Below are positions 17,946-26,578 of a stretch of DNA of 52,423 nucleotides, piece after piece. The number at the start of each line of letters is the position of its first letter. Within the stretch, counting starts at the first letter, position 1. The notes under the pieces are model-generated. The model was given only the letters and a program-made list of their open reading frames with translations, was not told where the DNA came from and ran no database searches. The DNA is from a virus (taxonomy: Duplodnaviria; Caudoviricetes), in IMG/VR virus record IMGVR_UViG_3300001918_000036, positions 1-52,423 of that record; one strand, given 5' to 3'. The translations under genes and the position numbers were made by a program.

Positions 17946-19123
17946 TAGGCAGTGGGCCGTAGAACTTGAATCACGAAAATGGCATCAGGCTCGGTGATGA
18001 CGGGCAATCCGGCCTGATATGCTTCGCCGTACAACCCCTGAGGCTTACGGTTTTGGGGTTCTGTCAGTACCGTGCGACCACTGGAGGACTGCCCTACGTT
18101 GCGACCTACACCGTAGTAGCCCAGGGTATTCGACAAGACGATCGCCTGGTCGCTGAAAGAGCTGGTGTCAATTCCTTCAACTCGGCTGGCATAATCGGTC
18201 TTCATGTCCCATTGACGCTGCGAGCGGCCCAACATGATCAGGTAATCGCGATCGCCATCGGGGGCATCCAGGAACCGCTTAAACCCGGTGGCCGACTCAT
18301 AACCGCCGTTGTAGGACGTAAAGGGAGGAAGGCCATTATCAGAGTTGATCTGATTGAGTTCAGCCATTGAAATCTGAGAGCTGAGGCTGGTGATCTGCCC
18401 GGAAGCATTGACCACTACAGAGCTGTTACGCTTGGCGACTTCGGCATTCTTCCGCATCACCGAAAACAGCTTCGGCGTCAGGATCATGTCGGTCACCATA
18501 TAGCCCAGGTCTTCCAGCTTTTCCTTGCCAGCGAAGATGTCGTCGTAAGGATCGTAGGTGTTGCTGTACCAACCTTCAGGCGTGCCAGCAGTCCCACCGC
18601 TTACCTCAGGACGATGGCCGACTGGCTTGTGGTAATTCACCACTTCCGAATATCCATTGCTGCCTTTGCGGGTAACTTGCCCCTGAATGATGGCTTCCCA
18701 ACGCTGCAATTCGTTCTTGATGGTGTGAGGCCGTACCAGGGTGCTATCACTCCAGCGGATTAGTTGGGCGATCGCCTCTTCTTCTCCGTCGCGCATCAGT
18801 AGCTTGATCACGCCGTCATGGTCTTGTCCAGTGAACTGGGAAGCCGTGTCGGTGTTTCCCAGGTCCACTTTGAAGCTCCCCACTAGCGCACCATTGCTTT
18901 GGAGTTGAGCGGGACTGTAGCGGGTACCATCGAGGGCGGGCATGGAGCGGTAACGCACCTGCGTTTCTTCGTAGCTGTTCTCGCCTACCAGAACTTCAGG
19001 CAGGTAGCGAGCGCCCAGGAGGGGTTGATCCTCAGAGCCAAATTGAGCCAGTGGATTGAGGGCTACCCGATGAAAGTAGCGGTCCTCATCCAGTTGGCGG
19101 TAAAGTTCGAGCCAGGTTTTCAT
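17945..19123 (-). CDS. Major capsid protein (capsid E-like)
   Basis: 392 aa after the scaffold and decoration genes; NELQRWEAIIQG and GLPVITEPDAIF motifs. Confidence 0.85.
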   Translation of the reverse strand: MKTWLELYRQLDEDRYFHRVALNPLAQFGSEDQPLLGARYLPEVLVGENSYEETQVRYRSMPALDGTRYSPAQLQSNGALVGSFKVDLGNTDTASQFTGQDHDGVIKLLMRDGEEEAIAQLIRWSDSTLVRPHTIKNELQRWEAIIQGQVTRKGSNGYSEVVNYHKPVGHRPEVSGGTAGTPEGWYSNTYDPYDDIFAGKEKLEDLGYMVTDMILTPKLFSVMRKNAEVAKRNSSVVVNASGQITSLSSQISMAELNQINSDNGLPPFTSYNGGYESATGFKRFLDAPDGDRDYLIMLGRSQRQWDMKTDYASRVEGIDTSSFSDQAIVLSNTLGYYGVGRNVGQSSSGRTVLTEPQNRKPQGLYGEAYQAGLPVITEPDAIFVIQVLRPTA

Positions 19124-19179
19124 AGGTCAGGGATTTTCCTTGATGGGTTGGTCTTAGCGAATCACGAAGGAGCTATCAG

Positions 19180-19833
19180 TTAGCCAGCACTGGCGATGCA
19201 GCGATAGCGGGTGCGAATAGCAGTTTTTGCTGTAGTGCTTAAACCTGCCCATCCCGGCAGTTTGTCCTCGTAAATCAACGTTCCGTGCTTCAGCAGGGTC
19301 ACGTCTGCATTAATCAGCGCATCATCAACAGCAAAGGCCGTGAGGAAAAGCTCATCATCAGGCGTGGCAACATCGGGAGTTCCAAACCCTGTACCAGCGC
19401 CCCGCTCGGTGAATGTGCGACCTACCAGAATGCCGCTTGCAACAGGCTTCCGCATTACAGTGCCGATGTAAGTGGCCACATCCGCATCCACTAGGGCCGT
19501 CACCAGGGCGCGTACCGTCAGCGAGGTTGCAGCGAGGTTGACCGCTGCGGTCAGTGTGGCGTACTTATCGCCACCGAAATCGAGCACCGCCTCCACGGGA
19601 ATCACGGGATCCGCTTTGGTGCTGATGGGGTTCAAGCGAGTAATGGCAACAGGTACGCTGGTGGCGTCTACGGCTGCACCCGCCGCGCCTACGTCTACCT
19701 GCACCGCATCAAGATAGGGGAATGCAGAGGCGACCAACTTAGCGCCTCCTGGCATCAATTTCTCAGGGGTTAGTTCCTCCGCCGCCCAAGCAGGCATTGC
19801 AAAGCTGGAGGTCGAAAAACTCATTTGGGCCAT
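19180..19833 (-). CDS. Head decoration protein
   Basis: Between scaffold and major capsid genes; A/T/V-rich. Confidence 0.65.
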   Translation of the reverse strand: MAQMSFSTSSFAMPAWAAEELTPEKLMPGGAKLVASAFPYLDAVQVDVGAAGAAVDATSVPVAITRLNPISTKADPVIPVEAVLDFGGDKYATLTAAVNLAATSLTVRALVTALVDADVATYIGTVMRKPVASGILVGRTFTERGAGTGFGTPDVATPDDELFLTAFAVDDALINADVTLLKHGTLIYEDKLPGWAGLSTTAKTAIRTRYRCIASAG

Positions 19834-19944
19834 TTGGCTAAGCCTCTAGCAAAAAGTTCTGTGTACGCCTCACGCCTTCAATGCGGAGGGGCGATCGCCC
19901 ACAACCCCACCAGGGAATTGCAACGATCTGTCATTTCGGATCTG

Positions 19945-20655
19945 TTATTTCGAGGATTCCCCCGGCACAAAAGCCTTGAAGCCGCTGTAAGCCCTGTCCA
20001 TGTAGGTCTTTGCTGGGTCAGACTTTGTTTCTTCTGTCTTGCCCTGCGGAGAACCACCCGGAAGCTTCGGCGGGGCTTTGGTGTCGGTCGATTTCGTGTC
20101 TGTGGTGCTGGTGGTGGGAAATAGCGCTGCCTCAAAAAGCTTCAAGCCCTCATCGGCTGCGATCGCCTCCTTCAAGGGCTTCTCGCCCAACTTCACCACA
20201 CGGGCCTCACCTTCGCCTTCCACCTTCAGTTGGTCAAATTTGTCGCCTAAAAGCTTCTCAAGTACCGCTGGATTAGCGCCCGCAACAGTTGCGATTTCAG
20301 CCAGTTTGCTTTTGCGTTCAGCGGCCTGCACCTTGCCCTCCGCTTCAGTGGCACGGGTTTCCAGTGCGGTTTTGTCGGTGCGGAGCTGGGTCGCTTCGGT
20401 GGCCAGTGCCCGGATCTTCGGCTCTGCACCAGCCAGAATCGCCTCCAGATCACCTTCCACTCCTGCTGCGGTGGCGATAGCCTTCATCGCCGTTTCGAGT
20501 GTCGCCACCCGCGAAGTTGATTGCCGCTTCTCGCCAATCACCTCAAAATTCTTGCCTTCCAGCCGCGATACTTCACCCTCAATGGCCGAGATCAACTCGT
20601 CTTTGCCCTCCAGATCCAGTCCTTTGAGCTTTGCCAGGGCTGCTTTGAAATCCAT
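19945..20655 (-). CDS. Capsid scaffolding protein
   Basis: Coiled coil, K/E/A-rich, PPKLPGGSP tail; position. Confidence 0.75.
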   Translation of the reverse strand: MDFKAALAKLKGLDLEGKDELISAIEGEVSRLEGKNFEVIGEKRQSTSRVATLETAMKAIATAAGVEGDLEAILAGAEPKIRALATEATQLRTDKTALETRATEAEGKVQAAERKSKLAEIATVAGANPAVLEKLLGDKFDQLKVEGEGEARVVKLGEKPLKEAIAADEGLKLFEAALFPTTSTTDTKSTDTKAPPKLPGGSPQGKTEETKSDPAKTYMDRAYSGFKAFVPGESSK

Positions 20656-20681
20656 ACGGAAACCCGCGATACATCGCTCGC

Positions 20682-20690
20682 AGAGTTCCC
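20682..20690 (-). promoter_or_regulatory. Putative late promoter -10 element GGGAACTCT
   Basis: RGGAAYNNT match about 30 nt upstream of the scaffold ATG. Confidence 0.65.
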
Positions 20691-20691
20691 A

Positions 20692-21132
20692 CTACTGCAA
20701 GGTTCCGTCTGGATTGAAAACCAGCCCCAGGAGGTTGTGCTCATTGGCCGATTGCTGCCACTCTGGTACGTTTGCAGACTGGTCGGCGGCCACCGCAATC
20801 AGGTCGTTCCAAAGAATTTTGATGATTGCTACGTCCGGCGCATCCACGATCAACGCTGGCATCACGCAGGCGAATTCTCCAGGGTGCGATCGCCGCAGCG
20901 CAATGATAGAAGGAAGTGCCAAGAACTTGCGCCGGAATTCTGGCCAGAAGGGGATTGGTGAGGGAGGATCGTAAACTGCCGGGGGAATTTCGGCTAAATC
21001 AGTGTAAAAAATTGCCCGTCCGTTTGGGTGGGCCGGAGATGGCAACTCCACCCTGACTTGCAGCGTCCCTGATGGTTCTGGGGGCACTTTCAGTTTTCCG
21101 TTTTCATCGAAGATTAATTCCTGGATTATCAC
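20692..21132 (-). CDS. Hypothetical protein (possible fibre chaperone)
   Basis: Last gene of a tightly coupled four-gene block. Confidence 0.55.
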   Translation of the reverse strand: MIIQELIFDENGKLKVPPEPSGTLQVRVELPSPAHPNGRAIFYTDLAEIPPAVYDPPSPIPFWPEFRRKFLALPSIIALRRSHPGEFACVMPALIVDAPDVAIIKILWNDLIAVAADQSANVPEWQQSANEHNLLGLVFNPDGTLQ

Positions 21133-21135
21133 GGG

Positions 21136-21777
21136 TTACGCTCCTACGGTTGTGGTGGGGCGGTAGTGGCAAAGCGCCAGGTTTTCGAGCCACCAGGCTC
21201 CAATGTCACCCACCACGCACTGAACGATGATTTGTACCGGATTAGCCGAGTAATCGAAAGAAACACGGTCCTGCACGGTACTGGTCGTTGTGAAGCTGGC
21301 GTTGTTGTTAGTGTCTAGCGGCAACATTAGGTTGTTGGACAGGAAAACTAATTGATAAAGGCCGCAAAAATGGCCTGAAAAAAACGGCGTACTCATCCAC
21401 CGCTTTGCAACGTTGCTGGATCCAACCGACTCATTAACATAGCCTTCCACACGAACGTTGAGGCCGTTTCCAACACGGACCCCAAAGTTGAGATAACACT
21501 GCAAATAATCGCCAGCCTCAAACGTTCCGGCTGGAAATGTATGGTCGAACAGGGGCAAGTATTGAGACCCGGAAACGGAAGTTGTAAATTCGGTAGTGGG
21601 CCGTTGAAGGCTATTAATAATCGGCCCACCGCCCGCTGGAAGGTTTTTGATGGCTGCCGCATCAAGGCGATCGCTATCAGTAAGGCCGCTCAGCAGATCG
21701 CGCACAGCGACCCGCGAAGTGACCTCGCTCATCATCTCGTCTTTGCCAGTGCTACCAACGCGAACTAGCCGTGTCAT
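21136..21777 (-). CDS. Hypothetical beta-rich virion accessory protein
   Basis: TAATG-coupled to the upstream gene. Confidence 0.55.
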   Translation of the reverse strand: MTRLVRVGSTGKDEMMSEVTSRVAVRDLLSGLTDSDRLDAAAIKNLPAGGGPIINSLQRPTTEFTTSVSGSQYLPLFDHTFPAGTFEAGDYLQCYLNFGVRVGNGLNVRVEGYVNESVGSSNVAKRWMSTPFFSGHFCGLYQLVFLSNNLMLPLDTNNNASFTTTSTVQDRVSFDYSANPVQIIVQCVVGDIGAWWLENLALCHYRPTTTVGA

Positions 21778-22289
21778 TACGCAATCAGGGTGGGGGAGTT
21801 GAATACGAACAGGATTTCAGTCGCGTCACTGGCATACCCTAGCGATTGAATTAACTGCGCTGGGGCGGCAACTGCTGGTGTCGCCGTTACTGCGCCGTTG
21901 TTACCCAGGAAGTATTCGGTGCCAGGAGTAAGAGCCGAAAGAGCAGTATTTGTTCCAGTCTTGTAAACCGTTGCAGTCTGCCCAGAAGAAAAGTTGGCAA
22001 TCACAAAACCGTGGGCGGGCCTCCCATTATCCACAGCGGCCTTCCGGCAGTTGCGAGTGCCCGTATTATCGTAAAGATTGATAAAATCCCCAGCCAGCAA
22101 AGCTTCCGAGGTTAACACTGCCTCAGTTTCCGCCCCAATTCCTGTAGGCATTAGCGTGGGATCCAGGCGTCCGTCCGTACCAGTTGAAACAATTTTGCTT
22201 GCATCTCCCGCTCCGGCAGAGCTGGCGATCGCTGTCGTCAGTGTGTCTTTTCCGGAAGCGCTAATGGTCAAAAATTTGTTGGTGCTCAT
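21777..22289 (-). CDS. Head fibre/capsid cement-like protein
   Basis: SEALLAGDFIN...AHGFV...LTPGTEYFLG..GAVTAT.P...QSLGYA pattern. Confidence 0.6.
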   Translation of the reverse strand: MSTNKFLTISASGKDTLTTAIASSAGAGDASKIVSTGTDGRLDPTLMPTGIGAETEAVLTSEALLAGDFINLYDNTGTRNCRKAAVDNGRPAHGFVIANFSSGQTATVYKTGTNTALSALTPGTEYFLGNNGAVTATPAVAAPAQLIQSLGYASDATEILFVFNSPTLIA

Positions 22290-23128
22290 AACAAGATTGC
22301 CTCTCCAGGATTAAACGAAAGAGTTGTTTGGTTGACTGGCTCTGCGACGCTTCGCAGAAACGCCCCGTCGAGAGGCGGGGTTTGGGTTGGTAGGCCATTG
22401 GCCCCTAGCCAAATTGACTCTCCAGACCAGTTCCAGGAAGGATCGGTGTATACGCCAGCGTTATAGGCCGTGGCCAAAGCCCCTAAATCAACCGCTGCCG
22501 ACACAAACCACAACGGCAAACTGGCGTGAGCAAGCGTGTTGCAATCGGCATAGACGAATTGCCCACCCACAACACACACCACCCGCAATGCTGAAATGCT
22601 CTGGCCAGCCGTAGCAGAGTAGGCGATCGCACCCGCCCCACCAATCAGGCCCGGTAACTCAGCAGGGGTCACGTACTGGGGGTGTGGATCTGCGTCCAGT
22701 AGGTGCTGATCCATCACCGACCGTTGCACCGTACCCGTGCTGGCTGTGGGAGTGCTGGCGACAATCGTGAGCTTGCCCTGGTAGGTGATTGGCTCACCCC
22801 CTACTGGCGTAATTTCCAGATCCCATGTGGCTTCCTTGCCCAGGCCACTCACTGGGAGCGAGGCCGTGAGGTCCCCATCGAGCACAAAGCTGATACCTAG
22901 CCCACTGGCCGATTCGCTGGTGATAGTGATCTGGGCTGCTGCCCTAGTGAGGGTGCAGATGTGCTGCCAACCCGTTCCGGCCCGCATTGCCATCACGAAG
23001 CGCACCGCAGCCCCCACCAGGCTGGTATCAGAAGTGATGGTGGCCGACACTAAACGGCCATCGCCAGCAATGAGGCGATCGCCATCCAGTTGATTGAGCG
23101 TGCGTTGATAAATGAGCGGAGTGGGCAC
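22286..23128 (-). CDS. Virion accessory protein (BppU-like N-terminus, head-fibre-like C-terminus)
   Basis: WDLEIT...YQGKLTI, HLLDADPHPQY and WNWSGESIWLG.NG.PTQTPP motifs. Confidence 0.55.
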   Translation of the reverse strand: MPTPLIYQRTLNQLDGDRLIAGDGRLVSATITSDTSLVGAAVRFVMAMRAGTGWQHICTLTRAAAQITITSESASGLGISFVLDGDLTASLPVSGLGKEATWDLEITPVGGEPITYQGKLTIVASTPTASTGTVQRSVMDQHLLDADPHPQYVTPAELPGLIGGAGAIAYSATAGQSISALRVVCVVGGQFVYADCNTLAHASLPLWFVSAAVDLGALATAYNAGVYTDPSWNWSGESIWLGANGLPTQTPPLDGAFLRSVAEPVNQTTLSFNPGEAILL

Positions 23129-23152
23129 TCTGGAGCCTCAATATCTGTGGGG

Positions 23153-23161
23153 AAGGTTCCC
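23153..23161 (-). promoter_or_regulatory. Putative late promoter -10 element GGGAACCTT
   Basis: RGGAAYNNT match about 28 nt upstream of GTG 23128. Confidence 0.6.
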
Positions 23162-23213
23162 CAATGGCTCCGGAAATGCCCTCTAAAATATGCCGAGGAA
23201 AACACTTTGTATG

Positions 23214-24248
23214 CTACTTGCCCCTAGATATAGAGGTTAAGCGTAATCCTTGTTCCAAAAAGTACTTATTTAGAGCAGAAGTGTATTGCTCATCTGGCTC
23301 TATCTCAACAATGTTTGATAGCTCCTTACCTGCGTTGGACAAGCACACACCATACACCTTGAGGAGCCTGTCTGGTTGCCAATCACCAGGATTATCTGGG
23401 ACAAGCCCCCAGAGCGAACCTCCATATCTCAGGCAACATCCCACCGTATTGTTGTGCGCGATTGCAGGCCCGTAATTCATAAAAGAGTTGTAGTCAGAAA
23501 TTATCAAGCCATACTCTTGCAAAACATTGAGTTCCCCAAAGCTCAATCCATATCGCGAAAGGGAGTTCTGGGCAGCACTGCCAAATGAGGGTACACGGCA
23601 ATCAAGCATATAGATATTATTTTCCATCACTACGGATAAAGAACATAGTCGACGGAAGAGATTTGCAGCTCGACTGTCTAGCTGGCCCATGAGTTTCACC
23701 GTTCTAATTGAGAAGGACTCAGGCTTCTTGATTTCTCCGGCGAGAATTTTGCCAAACAGAATTTGCATTTCTTCGCTGCTCTTACCGCATGCCTCTTTGC
23801 TGAAGCTATCCAGCCAATCGTCACTCATTTGGGGCCCTTTCTCATCCTCCTCAATCTCTGAACTTTTAGCTTGAGATGCTGTCGAAGAGAGTTCTTGAGC
23901 GGCAACGTTGCACACCTTGTCAAGGTTGATTTGCTCTTGAATAACCCGCTGAGTATACTTAGCCGCAGCAATGCGAGCATATGCAGGGTCTACGCTCATT
24001 TGGCTGGCTACCTGCTCTGCACTGGTGTTTATTAACATAGTACGAGCTTGGGATTCAGCACGCGCCTCTGCGGCTTTTCCTTCCATAATGGCTGCGGGCC
24101 AGTCAGCAGCGGCTGAACAGAGTTGCCCAAAAGCTTTCCAAAAATTTTTACGTATTGGGGCTGGTAATGCTGTTGCTCCATCAACCACTAAGTCAGCAAC
24201 AGCGTCAGTGATTTTGGATAAAGCACCTGTGGTTTGTTCCTCACTCAT
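23214..24248 (-). CDS. DUF2806-like protein (moron)
   Basis: DDWLDSF...SSEEMQILFGKILAGEIKKPESFSIRT motif; lower GC; no HIP1 seen. Confidence 0.75.
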   Translation of the reverse strand: MSEEQTTGALSKITDAVADLVVDGATALPAPIRKNFWKAFGQLCSAAADWPAAIMEGKAAEARAESQARTMLINTSAEQVASQMSVDPAYARIAAAKYTQRVIQEQINLDKVCNVAAQELSSTASQAKSSEIEEDEKGPQMSDDWLDSFSKEACGKSSEEMQILFGKILAGEIKKPESFSIRTVKLMGQLDSRAANLFRRLCSLSVVMENNIYMLDCRVPSFGSAAQNSLSRYGLSFGELNVLQEYGLIISDYNSFMNYGPAIAHNNTVGCCLRYGGSLWGLVPDNPGDWQPDRLLKVYGVCLSNAGKELSNIVEIEPDEQYTSALNKYFLEQGLRLTSISRGK

Positions 24249-24704
24249 GTCTTGAAACCTAGAATTAGTGCAGTTAGAAGACAAGCAATTGAGGCGATCG
24301 CCTCAATTGCTTGTCTGATCGAACTCTCGGAGCGAAACCAGTTGTATCCTTATAAGCTAAGTGCTGGCCCCGCCAGCTTTGAAAATAACGGAGCCAGTAT
24401 GCCAAAAAGCGCCGCTAATACTAGCGGCGCTTTATCGTTATTTCGGTTCGGATCTTGACCGGAACCGTCGTCCGGCCAATACGGACGTGCTTCGTAACCG
24501 TGCGAACTCGTTTGATCATGACTCATGCCTCCTTGAGACAGAGATAACACCTTGCTGGATTGCAGGATACCGCGATCTTAATCAATAGACTTAAAAACGA
24601 TCAAGATTTAAGTTATAAGTTTTATTAATTAAATTTGGTCAGCCAATGGCAAAATTGTAGATATGATGTGGTCTTACGATGTGTGATGTCTAATTTTTTA
24701 AATT

Positions 24705-25217
24705 ATGAGTAACGTAATTGATGGTTTTACAAGACAGGAGACACTAGCTTTAACCGGGACAACCCCAAATCAGCTCTTTTATCTTGAAAAGACTGGCTTG
24801 ATCATCCCGACTCGGATTGGCAGTAATAAACGCCCGACAGTCATATTTTCCTGGGAACAAATCCTTGAAATTCGCGCTATCAGGAGCCTTCGCTCTGATA
24901 CCTCGCTCCAAAGCATCAGGAAGGTAATCGATTATTTAAATGAATACGGATTTGAAGACCAGCTTAGAGACAAGCTCTTGGTTGCGGTAGATGATCAGGT
25001 CTTCTGGATTCGCTCTGACTGGAGTGACTTTCACAAGCAGAAAGAAATGAAAGCTCTTGTTGTAGCTAGCAAAGGGAACAAGGGGCTTGGCCAATACACT
25101 CTGACAGTTCTCCCGTCATTTAAAGACATCGTTGAGGAAATCTGGAGAGCTGCGGAATCCTCAAGCGTTGTTGATTTTGAAAGCTTTAAAGCAAGGGCAA
25201 AGGCAAAGCCAGCCTGA
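24705..25217 (+). CDS. MerR-type HTH protein (moron)
   Basis: FTRQETLALTG.T.NQL.YLEKTGLI.P...FSWEQILEIRAIRSLR...SLQ.IRK. Confidence 0.8.
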   Translation: MSNVIDGFTRQETLALTGTTPNQLFYLEKTGLIIPTRIGSNKRPTVIFSWEQILEIRAIRSLRSDTSLQSIRKVIDYLNEYGFEDQLRDKLLVAVDDQVFWIRSDWSDFHKQKEMKALVVASKGNKGLGQYTLTVLPSFKDIVEEIWRAAESSSVVDFESFKARAKAKPA

Positions 25218-25957
25218 TTTTGGCAAGCCCATTTTTAGATACCGTTTCAGCGCTCATCGTCAGCATGCAGAGGAAGTTTCAGGTCTTTCCCTGCACTGTA
25301 ATGGGTTGCTCGCCCATCGATACTATTCCAAGATCAAACTGCGCTTTGCTTTCTACTCGCCTCAGAGATAGACATATAATGACTCGCTTTATGTAGCCGA
25401 GATCGTTGCAGGCATAAGCATTTGAGCGATTGCACTTCTCGCGCTTCAATCGGCCACACCCTTTGCGCTATAGGGCTTTTTGGTTATAGAGGGTCAGGAT
25501 TTTAACCGATTTTCATGAAGTTGACGGCGATCGCCCTCCCATACGGAGGCGCGATTATATGTGCCCAGGTGTACTACTTTTTCGGTACAGTTCGCGGGGC
25601 CAAAAGTAGCACCAGGACATCACTTCACGAAGCCTTCACGCAACTTTGCCACCAGTTGATCGAAACGACCTCATTCGTGACACTTTCGCAATACTCGCCG
25701 AAACCCTAGCAAACAATAAGGTTGTGGGCGATCGCCCCTCGTTTAAATCAGTTGTTTTAATTGCTGAAACCTGCCAGGGATAAGCAATACACAACAGTCG
25801 GCGTACTGATCGGCTACGAGAGAATGCGGGTTTGAGCGATCGCCCCTTTGAATCGTTTTGCAAAAGCCTTGCTGTAAGCGAGTTTGGGCGATTTTACGAA
25901 ACGGGTTGACGCGCCGAAAATAGAGGTGTTGTTTACCTCGTTAGGAGGCACCCCATC

Positions 25958-26341
25958 ATGTCCGGTCTCGAAATCGTTCTCGACATCACCGTTTCCGTCG
26001 TCCTGCTCTGGCTCTGCGGAGAATCCCGCAAGCGGGAGTACGTTTCCCCCGTTCCGGTTGTGGAGCCACAGGCCCCCGCCGAAGTGGCAGAGGTGGCGAT
26101 CGCCCCTGTGCCACCTGCACCCATCACCCCCGCCCCTGTTCTCGACCTCAGCCTGGAGGAAATCGAGGCGGAGGAAGCCCGCTTCCCAGTTCTCTCCACC
26201 CGCCCCATCCGGGCCACTAATGGCCGCAAGCGGGTAGACGACCTACTCGCCCGGATACACGCCCAGCAGGAGGTGGAGGCCGTCTGGGATGCCGCCGCCC
26301 TAGCCACAGCCCAGGTAGCTGTCACCGCCCTGCGAAGGTAG
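25958..26341 (+). CDS. Membrane-anchored hypothetical protein
   Basis: AGGAGG RBS; N-terminal TM segment and P/A/E-rich linker; strong hairpin follows. Confidence 0.7.
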   Translation: MSGLEIVLDITVSVVLLWLCGESRKREYVSPVPVVEPQAPAEVAEVAIAPVPPAPITPAPVLDLSLEEIEAEEARFPVLSTRPIRATNGRKRVDDLLARIHAQQEVEAVWDAAALATAQVAVTALRR

Positions 26342-26355
26342 CAGGGCTACGCAAC

Positions 26356-26399
26356 AAAAAAGTGGGGGGGGTGGCGATCGCCACCCCCCCCACTTTTTT
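26356..26399. terminator. 44-bp perfect palindrome centred on HIP1; probable bidirectional terminator
   Basis: AAAAAAGTG8TGGCGA|TCGCCAC8ACTTTTTT between convergent genes. Confidence 0.7.
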
Positions 26400-26578
26400 T
26401 GGCTATCTCTCCAGTAGGCTTTCGATTCCTCCGTCTACCAGGAATGCCTCAATTAGGTCGCCAATCTTCGAGGCTTCCTCCTCAGATTCAGCCTGATCAG
26501 CCAAACCCTCCAACTCCTCTAAGGCTGCCTCGCTACGGTCGCTACCCCGTACAATTTCTAGCGCTTTTTCAAGGTTTG

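Noticed and set aside
24350-24550. Small ORF containing the inverted repeat AAAGCGCCGCTA-n4-TAGCGGCGCTTT
   Set aside because: It has a plausible RBS before ATG 24526 but no further support; cannot distinguish gene from hairpin
25132-25371. PIN toxin partner of the MerR-like gene
   Set aside because: No recognisable PIN acidic motif in the ORF
26356-26399. Protelomerase telRL site
   Set aside because: No protelomerase gene in the window; position and A/T tails fit a terminator
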